This document shows, one piece after another, positions 8,501-15,924 of a DNA stretch of 64,000 bases. Under the pieces are notes generated by a model that saw nothing but the letters and a program-made list of their open reading frames with translations, was not told where the DNA came from and did no database searches. Made by a program: the position numbers and the translations under genes. Source of the stretch: Nitrospirota bacterium (lineage in GTDB: Bacteria > Nitrospirota > Nitrospiria > 2-01-FULL-66-17); the NCBI GenBank assembly GCA_016201825.1, contig JACQCD010000121.1, forward strand, positions 1,753 to 65,752, given 5' to 3'. Numbering within the stretch: the stretch's first letter is position 1; every line of letters begins with the position of its first letter.

Positions 8501-9754
8501 ATGAATCTGACCGAACTCAAGGAAAAAGCGATTGGGGATTTGAACGAGATTGCCAGAGAGCTGAAGATCGAAGGGGCGAGTAATCTGCGAAAACAGGAGT
8601 TGATTTTTGCGATCCTTCAGGCCCAGTCCGAGAAAAACGGAACCATTTATGGGGAAGGCGTGCTGGAAACGCTGCAGGACGGTTTCGGGTTCCTCCGGTC
8701 CCCCGATTATAACTATCTGCCCGGCCCTGACGACATCTATATTTCCCCCTCCCAGATTCGGCGCTTTAACCTCAGAACCGGCGACGTGGTCTCCGGCCAG
8801 GTGAGGCCTCCCAAGGAGGGTGAGCGGTACTTCGCGATGCTCAAGGTCGAAACGATTAATTTCGAAGACCCCGACGTGGCCCGCGACAAGATCCTCTTCG
8901 ACAACCTCACGCCGCTCTATCCGATGGAGAAGATTCGGCTGGAAGCTCCGGGGATGGAGGACTACATGTCGACGCGCGTCATGGAGTTGATCTCGCCGAT
9001 CGGAAAGGGCCAGCGAGGGTTGATCGTCGCGTCGCCTCGAACCGGCAAGACGGTGTTGTTGCAGAATATCGCCAAGGCCATCATGAAGAACCACCCCGAG
9101 ATCGTGCTGATCGTCCTCTTGATCGACGAGCGGCCGGAGGAGGTGACCGATTGGCAGCGGCAAGTCAAAGCGGAAGTGGTCAGCTCCACGTTTGACGAAC
9201 CGCCCCAGCGTCATGCGCAGGTCGCCGAGATGGTGCTGGAAAAAGCCAAGCGCCTCGTGGAGCACAAACGAGACGTCGTGATACTTCTCGACAGCGTCAC
9301 CCGCCTCGCCCGAGCGTATAACACCATTGCCCCGCCCAGCGGGAAAGTGCTCTCCGGCGGGTTGGACGCCAACGCGCTCCAACGCCCCAAGCGATTTTTC
9401 GGCGCGGCGCGCAATATCGAGAACGGCGGGAGCTTGACGATCATTGCCACGGCGTTGATCGATACCGGGAGCCGGATGGATGACGTTATTTTCGAGGAGT
9501 TCAAGGGCACCGGCAACATGGAGCTCCATTTGGATCGAAAGCTCGCCGACAAACGGATCTTTCCGGCCATCGACTTGAACCTCTCGGGCACTCGGAAAGA
9601 AGAGCTCTTGGTGGAGCGGGAGGATCTGAACAAGATGTGGATCCTGCGGAAGGTCCTGAGCCCGCTAAGCACCGTCGAAAGCATGGAGTTTCTGCTCGAC
9701 AAAATCCGCGGGACGAAGACGAATCGCGAGTTTTTGGAGTCGATGAACAAGTAA
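8501..9754 (+). CDS. rho: transcription termination factor Rho
   Basis: [25 protein letters not shown]…, Walker [17 protein letters not shown] upstream of the ATG at 8501. Confidence 0.96.
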   Translation: MNLTELKEKAIGDLNEIARELKIEGASNLRKQELIFAILQAQSEKNGTIYGEGVLETLQDGFGFLRSPDYNYLPGPDDIYISPSQIRRFNLRTGDVVSGQVRPPKEGERYFAMLKVETINFEDPDVARDKILFDNLTPLYPMEKIRLEAPGMEDYMSTRVMELISPIGKGQRGLIVASPRTGKTVLLQNIAKAIMKNHPEIVLIVLLIDERPEEVTDWQRQVKAEVVSSTFDEPPQRHAQVAEMVLEKAKRLVEHKRDVVILLDSVTRLARAYNTIAPPSGKVLSGGLDANALQRPKRFFGAARNIENGGSLTIIATALIDTGSRMDDVIFEEFKGTGNMELHLDRKLADKRIFPAIDLNLSGTRKEELLVEREDLNKMWILRKVLSPLSTVESMEFLLDKIRGTKTNREFLESMNK

Positions 9755-9859
9755 GTTTCCCTGCTTGACTTTCCGCGGCATTTCCTTTCTAATCACCCCG
9801 TCCGCCTTCTTCCGTATACGGTGGGCACAGCCTTCCGGGTGATGTCTGAGTAGAATCGA

Positions 9860-11332
9860 TTGACGGCCGTGACACGAAACAGCCAGATCATTGTCGTGGG
9901 CGCCGGCGTTTCTGGGCTCGCCACGGCGTATGCGTTGGTTCGCCAGGGATGTCGGGTACTGGTTTTGGAACAGGCGCCTCGTGTCGGCGGTTGTATCCGG
10001 AGCGAGCGAACCCCCGAAGGCTATCTGATCGAGCATGGCCCGAACAGCCTGCTCAACCTTAACCCGGAGGTGGCTCGGCTGTGCCGGGAACTGGGCCTCG
10101 ATAGCGACCGCGTTGACCAGCAGCCCGCCTCGCGGCGTCGATATCTCGTCAAGGGGCGCACGCTCGTTCCGGTTCCGTCGCGGGCGTATCAGTTCCCGTT
10201 GACGCCCTTGTGGAGTCCTTGGGGCAAGCTTCGAGCGTTGGCCGAACCGTTGATCCCCTCCGCCCCTCCCGGTGGCGACGAAAGCGTCGCGGCGTTCGTG
10301 CGACGGCGCTTGGGGACGGAAATGCTGGATTACGCCGTCGAGCCGTTTGTCGCCGGCCTCTTCGCGGGCGACCCGGAACACCTGTCGATGGCGAGTAGTT
10401 TCCCCCAATTGGTCGCGTTGGAGCGGACCTACGGAAGCATCGTGGGCGGCCTCATCCGTTCGCGGTGGGGACGCCGATCGCGTGCCCCGATCCGGGTGTT
10501 TTCGTTCCGGGGTGGCGTCGGGCAATTGCCCGACGCGTTGTCCCGCTGTTTGGGTGACCGGGTCCAAACCGGCGCGCGGGTCAACGCGATCCGGCATGAG
10601 TCCCGCAATGGGACGCCGCGCTTTACCGTCGAGGCCGAGGTGCGCGGGGTTGTTCAGACCTTTGCTGCAGATCGTTTGGTGGTCGCGACTCCGGCGGATG
10701 TGGCGGCCCGCCTCCTTCAGACGCTTTCACCTCTCTTGGCCGACCAGTTGGAGCAGATCCCTTACGCGCCGGTGGGGCTCGTCCATCTTGGGATGGCCCG
10801 ATCCGCCTGCACCCGCCTTCCGAACGGTTCGGGCTGTCTCGTTCCCAAGCGGGAACGGCTCCCGCTCTTGGGGTCGTTGTGGAGTTCCAACGTCTACCCC
10901 GAGCGGGCTCCCGAAGGTCGGGTCTTACTCACGAATTACGTGGGGGGCGTGAGAGATTCGGACGCGTTGAAGTGGAGCGATGACGAGTTGGTGGCATTGG
11001 TCGTCGACGCGCTCCGTCCCCTGGTCGGTTTGACCGGTCGTCCGGAGTTCGTCCGCGTGCTGCGCCACCCCCGAGCGATTCCGCAGTATCTCTTGGGCCA
11101 CGCGGACCGCGTCGCGCGGCTCGACCACTTGTTGAAGCCGCTCGCCGGTCTGTCCTTGGCCGGAAACTATCTTCAGGGGGTGTCGGTCCGCGACTGCCTC
11201 ACACAGGGGATGTTGTTAGCGGGGCGCATTGCGAATGGCTTGCCGAATGGCGAGGCTGGCCGGAAGTCATCCGGTTCTGGCGGCCACCCTGTCGAGTCCG
11301 CGGCACAATACTCCCCCCACTATTCTTCTTGA
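9860..11332 (+). CDS. hemY: protoporphyrinogen/coproporphyrinogen oxidase (HemY type, FAD-dependent)
   Basis: 490 aa. N-terminal Rossmann IIVVGAGVSGLATAY…VLEQAPRVGG. The start is TTG at 9860 or GTG at 9869. Confidence 0.8.
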   Translation: MTAVTRNSQIIVVGAGVSGLATAYALVRQGCRVLVLEQAPRVGGCIRSERTPEGYLIEHGPNSLLNLNPEVARLCRELGLDSDRVDQQPASRRRYLVKGRTLVPVPSRAYQFPLTPLWSPWGKLRALAEPLIPSAPPGGDESVAAFVRRRLGTEMLDYAVEPFVAGLFAGDPEHLSMASSFPQLVALERTYGSIVGGLIRSRWGRRSRAPIRVFSFRGGVGQLPDALSRCLGDRVQTGARVNAIRHESRNGTPRFTVEAEVRGVVQTFAADRLVVATPADVAARLLQTLSPLLADQLEQIPYAPVGLVHLGMARSACTRLPNGSGCLVPKRERLPLLGSLWSSNVYPERAPEGRVLLTNYVGGVRDSDALKWSDDELVALVVDALRPLVGLTGRPEFVRVLRHPRAIPQYLLGHADRVARLDHLLKPLAGLSLAGNYLQGVSVRDCLTQGMLLAGRIANGLPNGEAGRKSSGSGGHPVESAAQYSPHYSS

Positions 11333-11358
11333 CAGGGTTTGTCGTTTCGGTTTATAGT
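11329..11358 (+). promoter_or_regulatory. sigma70-type promoter TTGACA-N18-TATAGT
   Basis: TTGACA at 11329-11334 (overlaps the hemY stop) and TATAGT at 11353-11358. It would give a leader of about 240 nt before the ATG at 11607. Confidence 0.5.
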
Positions 11359-11606
11359 CAGCCCCGTTTTTTTGTGACGTCCCGTTCGGGGGACTGTGAA
11401 CTCGGTTCCGTGGATGTTGGGTGAAGGCTGTCCGTGGGTTGGTGGTGTTTCCCGCCGCGTTCGAATGCCCTGTCCTTCGTGTGGACTTCATCGGAATCGA
11501 ACACGCCGTGTGGTCGAGTGAATACCGGGGTCAATGGTTCGTCTGAATGGTGAGGACGAGTCCATCGGAAAGAACGATGGAACAGGCAATCAAAGGGAGG
11601 AGTGGC

Positions 11607-12428
11607 ATGAACGCTCGTAGTCGTGTGGCAGGAGTGGTGTTTGGAGTGGTGGCCTTGGCAACCGCGTCGATGGCCAAGGCGGAGGGGGGGTATACGGAAG
11701 CGCCGGTGGCCGACGGGGGAACCTTGGCTGGCAAGGTGGTGTTTAAGGGGGCGGTGCCTGCGCCGAAAACATTCGACTTTGCCAAATTTCCTAACCCGGG
11801 ATTCTGCGAAAAAACCGATTCGGACGGCAAGGGCCATCGCGTGGTTCAAGAGGTGAAAGTCGGCAAGGACAACGCCTTGAAGGACGTGGTCGTGTACATG
11901 GAGGGCATTGAGAAGGGTAAACCCTTCAAGTTCGGAGGGACCGACGTGAAGGCCAACGGCTGCCGGTTTATGGTTCAGGGGCCCTCCAGCTTTGCGGGCG
12001 TGGTCGTGAAAAAGGCGGAGATTCGCATCGAAAATACGGACGCGGACCCCAGCGATCCCAAGGCGGCGACGGGCGTGCTCCACAACCCCCACGGCTATGA
12101 AGTCGCCGGGGCTAGCAGCAGCACGATCTTCAATCTTCCGCTGCCGGAGAAGGGGCAGGTCATCAAGAAACCGGTGACGCTGCGAAAGAAAGAGAGCGTG
12201 TTTAAGATCGAGTGCGATCAACACAACTTCATGCAGGCGTTCTTCCAGCCGGTCGACAACCCCTACTATGCGATCGTCGACGAGGACGGGACATTCAGCA
12301 TCGACGGTATTCCGCCGGGCACCTACGAGGTCCATGCCTGGCACCCGACGTTGGGTCTCCAGGAGGCCAAGGTGACGATCGCGGCGAAGGGAACGGCCAA
12401 GACCGATTTCGCGTTCGCGGCAAAATAA
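11607..12428 (+). CDS. secreted cupredoxin-like protein with candidate type-1 Cu ligands plus a C-terminal Ig-like (carboxypeptidase-regulatory-like) domain
   Basis: RBS GGGAGGAG upstream of the ATG at 11607. Signal peptide VVFGVVALATASMAKA. LHNPHGYEV … IECDQHNFM gives a C-x2-H-x2-M pattern (nt 12213-12233). The C-terminus DGTFSIDGIPPGTYEVHAW is CarboxypepD_reg-like. Confidence 0.55.
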   Translation: MNARSRVAGVVFGVVALATASMAKAEGGYTEAPVADGGTLAGKVVFKGAVPAPKTFDFAKFPNPGFCEKTDSDGKGHRVVQEVKVGKDNALKDVVVYMEGIEKGKPFKFGGTDVKANGCRFMVQGPSSFAGVVVKKAEIRIENTDADPSDPKAATGVLHNPHGYEVAGASSSTIFNLPLPEKGQVIKKPVTLRKKESVFKIECDQHNFMQAFFQPVDNPYYAIVDEDGTFSIDGIPPGTYEVHAWHPTLGLQEAKVTIAAKGTAKTDFAFAAK

Positions 12429-12486
12429 CAAGACGGCGGACGCGAAGGGTCGGCGTCCGAACGCATAGAGGCAAGACGTAGTTTCT

Positions 12487-12521
12487 GACATGGCGGGGTC
12501 CTTTCCCGCCATGTCCGTTTT
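12487..12521 (+). terminator. rho-independent terminator
   Basis: GACATGGCGGG-GTCCTTT-CCCGCCATGTC (11-bp stem) followed by CGTTTTC. Confidence 0.6.
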
Positions 12522-12552
12522 CACCTTCAGTCCGTAGCAGGGAGCGAGCCAC

Positions 12553-13494
12553 ATGGACGGATCCTCTGGTCCGGGCCCCATCAAAAAGGACGCGCTGTTT
12601 TACGGAATGATTCTGGCGTTCCTGGCGTTTGTGCTGATGCTGGTGTTTTTAGGGTACGCCATGATTCAGTCGCGTGCGTCAAGCCGACTGGCGGCACAGC
12701 TCGTCTCCGAACCCACCGCCGTGGTCCAGACCGAACACTGGGACTACAGCAAATTGCAGGTGGTCAAAGACGAGTTTGGCGCGGGAATGGTGTTGGTGCC
12801 CGCGGGGCCGTTCCTCATGGGCAGTCCTCCCGGCGAAGGGGATCAAGATGAGATACCCCAACGCGGTGTGTACGTCGACGCGTTCCGGATCGATCTCTAC
12901 GAAGTGACCTTCAGGCAATATGCTCCGTTCGTCTCCGCAACGGGAGCCGCGAAGCCCGTCATCCCGGTGCTCCAAGACGATCCCGCGAAGCTGATGGCGC
13001 CCGATCAGCCGGTGGTGGCGGTGTCGTGGACCCAGGCGCGAGATTACTGTCGGTGGCTCGGAAAGCGCCTGCCGACCGAAGCGGAGTGGGAGAAGGCGGC
13101 GCGGGGAGACCGCGGGGCGAAATGGCCATGGGGCCCCGCCTTTGGCCCGGGCCTGGCGAATATTCAGGGCGAAGAGGACGGCTACCGGTACACCGCGCCC
13201 CCAGGCTCATTCCCCGGCGGTCGCAGCGCGTACGGCGTGTACGACATGGCTGGCAACGTGGCTGAATGGGTCGCCGATTGGTACGATCAGACGTACTATC
13301 TTGGCGCGCCATTCGAGTCGCCGACCGGGCCGACCAGCGGCAAGCACCGTGTCTACCGTGGAGGCTCGTGGAACGACGGGCCGTCAGACGTCAGGGCCGC
13401 CAAACGTTTTGCGGCAGCTCCCCATCAAACGAGCGCAGTGATCGGATTTCGGTGCGCCAAGGACGCCACACCGGACAAGGCGGGATCAGAGTAA
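12553..13494 (+). CDS. membrane-anchored FGE-sulfatase-fold (SUMF1/NirV/PvdO-like) protein, paralogue 1
   Basis: N-terminal TM FYGMILAFLAFVLMLVFLGYAMI. MVLVPAGPFLMG…RLPTEAEWEKAARG…YDMAGNVAEW…YRGGSWNDG…IGFRCAKD. No C-x4-C catalytic pair is visible. Confidence 0.8.
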   Translation: MDGSSGPGPIKKDALFYGMILAFLAFVLMLVFLGYAMIQSRASSRLAAQLVSEPTAVVQTEHWDYSKLQVVKDEFGAGMVLVPAGPFLMGSPPGEGDQDEIPQRGVYVDAFRIDLYEVTFRQYAPFVSATGAAKPVIPVLQDDPAKLMAPDQPVVAVSWTQARDYCRWLGKRLPTEAEWEKAARGDRGAKWPWGPAFGPGLANIQGEEDGYRYTAPPGSFPGGRSAYGVYDMAGNVAEWVADWYDQTYYLGAPFESPTGPTSGKHRVYRGGSWNDGPSDVRAAKRFAAAPHQTSAVIGFRCAKDATPDKAGSE

Positions 13495-13611
13495 ATCGAA
13501 ATAGTACAAAATCATAAAGACGGCGATGACCAAGTTGATCACCATGCCCAGCAGCACGATCCAGTCGAAAATCGACCGCTTGCGTGCCGCGTGCTCCTCC
13601 TCGACGTCCAT
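13486..13611 (-). CDS. 41-aa small membrane protein (hypothetical)
   Basis: Below the ORF-track size cut-off. GGAGGTG RBS, then ATG at 13611. MDVEEEHAARKRSIFDWIVLLGMVINLVIAVFMILYYFDLL. The stop overlaps the convergent FGE-like gene's end by 9 nt. Confidence 0.4.
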   Translation of the reverse strand: MDVEEEHAARKRSIFDWIVLLGMVINLVIAVFMILYYFDLL

Positions 13612-13700
13612 GGCACCTCCCAGGTTTTCGCTAGGATGCCAAAACGGGGAAGGCGAGTCAAGCGGGTTTCCTCAGTGCTCAATGTCGCAACGAGTGCCGC

Positions 13701-13730
13701 TTGACTTTGAGGCCGCCCGATTTTTATAAT
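13701..13730 (+). promoter_or_regulatory. sigma70-type promoter TTGACT-N18-TATAAT
   Basis: TTGACT at 13701-13706 and TATAAT at 13725-13730. The short leader carries GGAG before the ATG at 13747. Confidence 0.6.
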
Positions 13731-13746
13731 GCGGCCGGAGTCTACC

Positions 13747-13899
13747 ATGTACGAGTTAGGCATTGGGCATTACCTCTTTTACCCTCTCGCGATTTTTCTC
13801 TTCAGCGCGATCTTTTTCCTGTCCGGTTACCGCGTTGGGCGTCGACGTGAACGCAGTCGGGCGCTGTCGCCGGCCCTGGGCGCGGAGGGCGGACGGTAA
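13747..13899 (+). CDS. 50-aa small membrane protein (first of three paralogous-looking genes)
   Basis: Own translation: MYELGIGHYLFYPLAIFLFSAIFFLSGYRVGRRRERSRALSPALGAEGGR. The stop overlaps the next start (TAATG). Confidence 0.5.
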   Translation: MYELGIGHYLFYPLAIFLFSAIFFLSGYRVGRRRERSRALSPALGAEGGR

Positions 13900-14144
13900 T
13901 GCGGATGCGGTTTTATCTCATCGTCATCTTAGTGCTGGCGTCGGCGGCCATGCTGGTGGATGCCGTACTCGGCAAGCTGTACATCAGGTACATGATCCTC
14001 TTCTCCGGGGCGGTGTTCCTGTGGGGGATGGCGGTCGGCCAGCGATCCGAGCAGGCGTGGATCCGCCGGCGGGATAGGTTGGCTCGGCGGGGGACGGGGG
14101 CCGCTCCGCGCCGCGCGCGAATGACGGAGGAGGTTACGAAGTGA
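13899..14144 (+). CDS. 81-aa small membrane protein (second of three)
   Basis: ORF track. MRMRFYLIVILVLASAAMLVDAV…ILFSGAVFLWGMAVGQRSEQAWIRRRDRLARRG. Two hydrophobic helices and an Arg-rich tail. Confidence 0.55.
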   Translation: MRMRFYLIVILVLASAAMLVDAVLGKLYIRYMILFSGAVFLWGMAVGQRSEQAWIRRRDRLARRGTGAAPRRARMTEEVTK

Positions 14145-14359
14145 AGCACTTGTTCTACGCGTTTTATGTGTCGTTCTACGCGGGCGCGATGTTTGTGGCG
14201 GGATTGTTTTTCGGGCAATTCATGGAGAGGCGGTGGGCTGCTCGGGAGGCAGCGGAAGCCGTTGACGCGGCCATGGCCGGGCCGATCGCAGACAACGAGC
14301 TCGTCTTAGAGGAGGCGCCGATCGTTCTGTCCGGCAACTCGCACCGTCCTTCCCGCTGA
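14141..14359 (+). CDS. 72-aa small membrane protein (third of three)
   Basis: ORF track. The GTG start overlaps the previous stop (GTGA). MKHLFYAFYVSFYAGAMFVAGLFFGQFMERRWAAREAAEA…. Confidence 0.5.
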   Translation: MKHLFYAFYVSFYAGAMFVAGLFFGQFMERRWAAREAAEAVDAAMAGPIADNELVLEEAPIVLSGNSHRPSR

Positions 14360-14440
14360 TCGTTGGCCCTCCGCCAGACCGCCTGATCCCGGCGCAGTCG
14401 ATCCCGCCGGCTCGTTCTCCATAAAGTAGGTGTATGCGGT

Positions 14441-15463
14441 ATGAGTCGTCTCTTGAAGTGGCTCTATCTGGCCGTGGTGTTCGCCATCGTCGCCATCCTC
14501 CAAGTCGGTATCTCCCGAACGGGGCGGGTCCCAGGCAGCGCTGATCGCGAAGAGGGATATACCTCCTTGGCGACGAAGATCAAGCAGGCCGAAGAGGGGA
14601 TGAAAAAGGCCGAGGCTCAACTCGCCGCCGTGACGATCGATCCTGAATACGATCGGATGGTCACGATTCCGGCGGGATCCTTCCAGCTTGGAGACCGCGA
14701 CGGCGGAGCGATCGAGCAGCCGGAACGCGCCGTGTTTTTATCCTCCTACCGCATCGACGTGTACGAGACGACGTTTGCGCACTATTACGCCTTCATGGCC
14801 GCCACGGGGCATCGCAAACCGCGACTGGCGGGGTATCTCGGGGTCGAAAGTCGGGACCTGCCGCTCCTCATGAATCCGTTCAACCCGGCGGTGGGCGTGT
14901 CGTGGGACGATGCGATGGCGTATTGCGTGTGGAAGGGCAAGCGTCTTCCCAGCGAAGCGGAATGGGAGCGTGCGGCCAAAGGGACGGGGCCTCGATCGTG
15001 GCCGTGGGGCGATGAAGCCGATCCGCGCTTCGCCAATTTCGTTGGAGCTGAGGATGGCTTCAGATACAGCGCCCCGGTCGGGGCGTTCCGTCAGGATAAG
15101 AGCCCCGAGGGCGCCTATGACATGGCGGGCAACGCGATGGAGTGGACCGCGGATTGGTTCGACGAGCGCTACTACGCCGTCTTGCCGGCTCGGGATCCTC
15201 CCGGTCCTCCCAACGGCCAAGAGCGGGTGATTCGAGGAGCGTCGTGGAACGATTCGATCCAGCGTGGACAGACCACGACCCGTTTCAAAATGGATCCGAC
15301 GTTCCGGGACGTGACGATCGGTTTCCGCTGCGCTCAATCCATCACCCCTGTCCGCCATGCCGAACCCCCTCCGAGAGCCGCCGTCGCCCCGGAAAATTTT
15401 TTGCTTGACACCCGTTTTGGGCTTTCCTATAATGCCGCTGTCCTTTCTCAGAAATACTCGTAG
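14441..15463 (+). CDS. membrane-anchored FGE-sulfatase-fold (SUMF1/NirV/PvdO-like) protein, paralogue 2
   Basis: N-terminal anchor WLYLAVVFAIVAILQVGI. MVTIPAGSFQLG…RLPSEAEWERAAKG…YDMAGNAMEW…IRGASWNDS…IGFRCAQS. No C-x4-C pair. Confidence 0.8.
   Translation: MSRLLKWLYLAVVFAIVAILQVGISRTGRVPGSADREEGYTSLATKIKQAEEGMKKAEAQLAAVTIDPEYDRMVTIPAGSFQLGDRDGGAIEQPERAVFLSSYRIDVYETTFAHYYAFMAATGHRKPRLAGYLGVESRDLPLLMNPFNPAVGVSWDDAMAYCVWKGKRLPSEAEWERAAKGTGPRSWPWGDEADPRFANFVGAEDGFRYSAPVGAFRQDKSPEGAYDMAGNAMEWTADWFDERYYAVLPARDPPGPPNGQERVIRGASWNDSIQRGQTTTRFKMDPTFRDVTIGFRCAQSITPVRHAEPPPRAAVAPENFLLDTRFGLSYNAAVLSQKYS
15405..15433 (+). promoter_or_regulatory. perfect consensus sigma70 promoter TTGACA-N17-TATAAT for the bd-like oxidase operon
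   Basis: TTGACA at 15405-15410 and TATAAT at 15428-15433. It lies inside the last codons of the upstream FGE-like ORF. Confidence 0.65.
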
Positions 15464-15485
15464 GGACTTCCTGGAGGGTTGTTGC

Positions 15486-15626
15486 ATGGAGAAAAAAGGG
15501 CATTCCGAAGAAGGCAAAGGCAGCCGCGCCGGCGCGGTCGTCTACATCGTTGTCGCGATCCTGTCCGTCTTTTTCTTCTATTGGTTCGGGAACATCGGCG
15601 CCTCCGGCGGTTACGGGGCGCATTGA
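15486..15626 (+). CDS. 46-aa single-TM micro-protein preceding the oxidase
   Basis: RBS CTGGAGGG. MEKKGHSEEGKGSRAGAVVYIVVAILSVFFFYWFGNIGASGGYGAH (internal start of ORF 15357..15626). Confidence 0.5.
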   Translation: MEKKGHSEEGKGSRAGAVVYIVVAILSVFFFYWFGNIGASGGYGAH

Positions 15627-15660
15627 CGGCTTAAGTCCATATCGAAAGGGCCTCTCGATT

Positions 15661-15780
15661 ATGAAGACGGTATTGATGTTGGCAGTCGCGATCACGGCGT
15701 GGTTTTTCTACTTCCAGGTCATCGACTGGTTTTTTATGAAGATCCAGGGGTTGAACTACTTTACGTTTCTGACACTGTAA
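15661..15780 (+). CDS. 39-aa single-TM micro-protein preceding the oxidase
   Basis: MKTVLMLAVAITAWFFYFQVIDWFFMKIQGLNYFTFLTL (internal start of ORF 15550..15780). Confidence 0.45.
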   Translation: MKTVLMLAVAITAWFFYFQVIDWFFMKIQGLNYFTFLTL

Positions 15781-15924
15781 CGACGTCGTTTGCTCCTGCC
15801 TAATCCCTGGGGCGGTGCGACGTTCTTGCTCAGGGGGTGTGTCCCACGGGGTGAGCTATTTCCTGATCGTTTCAGTTCGGCGGGGCGAGGGATCCTGCCC
15901 GGTCGGCTAAAAGAGGAGAAAGCC

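Noticed and set aside
8366-9529. 387-aa ORF antisense to rho
   Set aside because: It lies entirely opposite a highly conserved gene and has no recognisable motifs. This is a typical antisense open frame in GC-rich DNA.
12553-15463. Diversity-generating retroelement hypothesis for the two FGE/C-type-lectin-fold paralogues
   Set aside because: There is no reverse transcriptase gene nearby. The C-terminal DNA segments of the two genes (about 13340-13470 and 15215-15340) are not near-identical to each other or to any intergenic template-like repeat that I could find.
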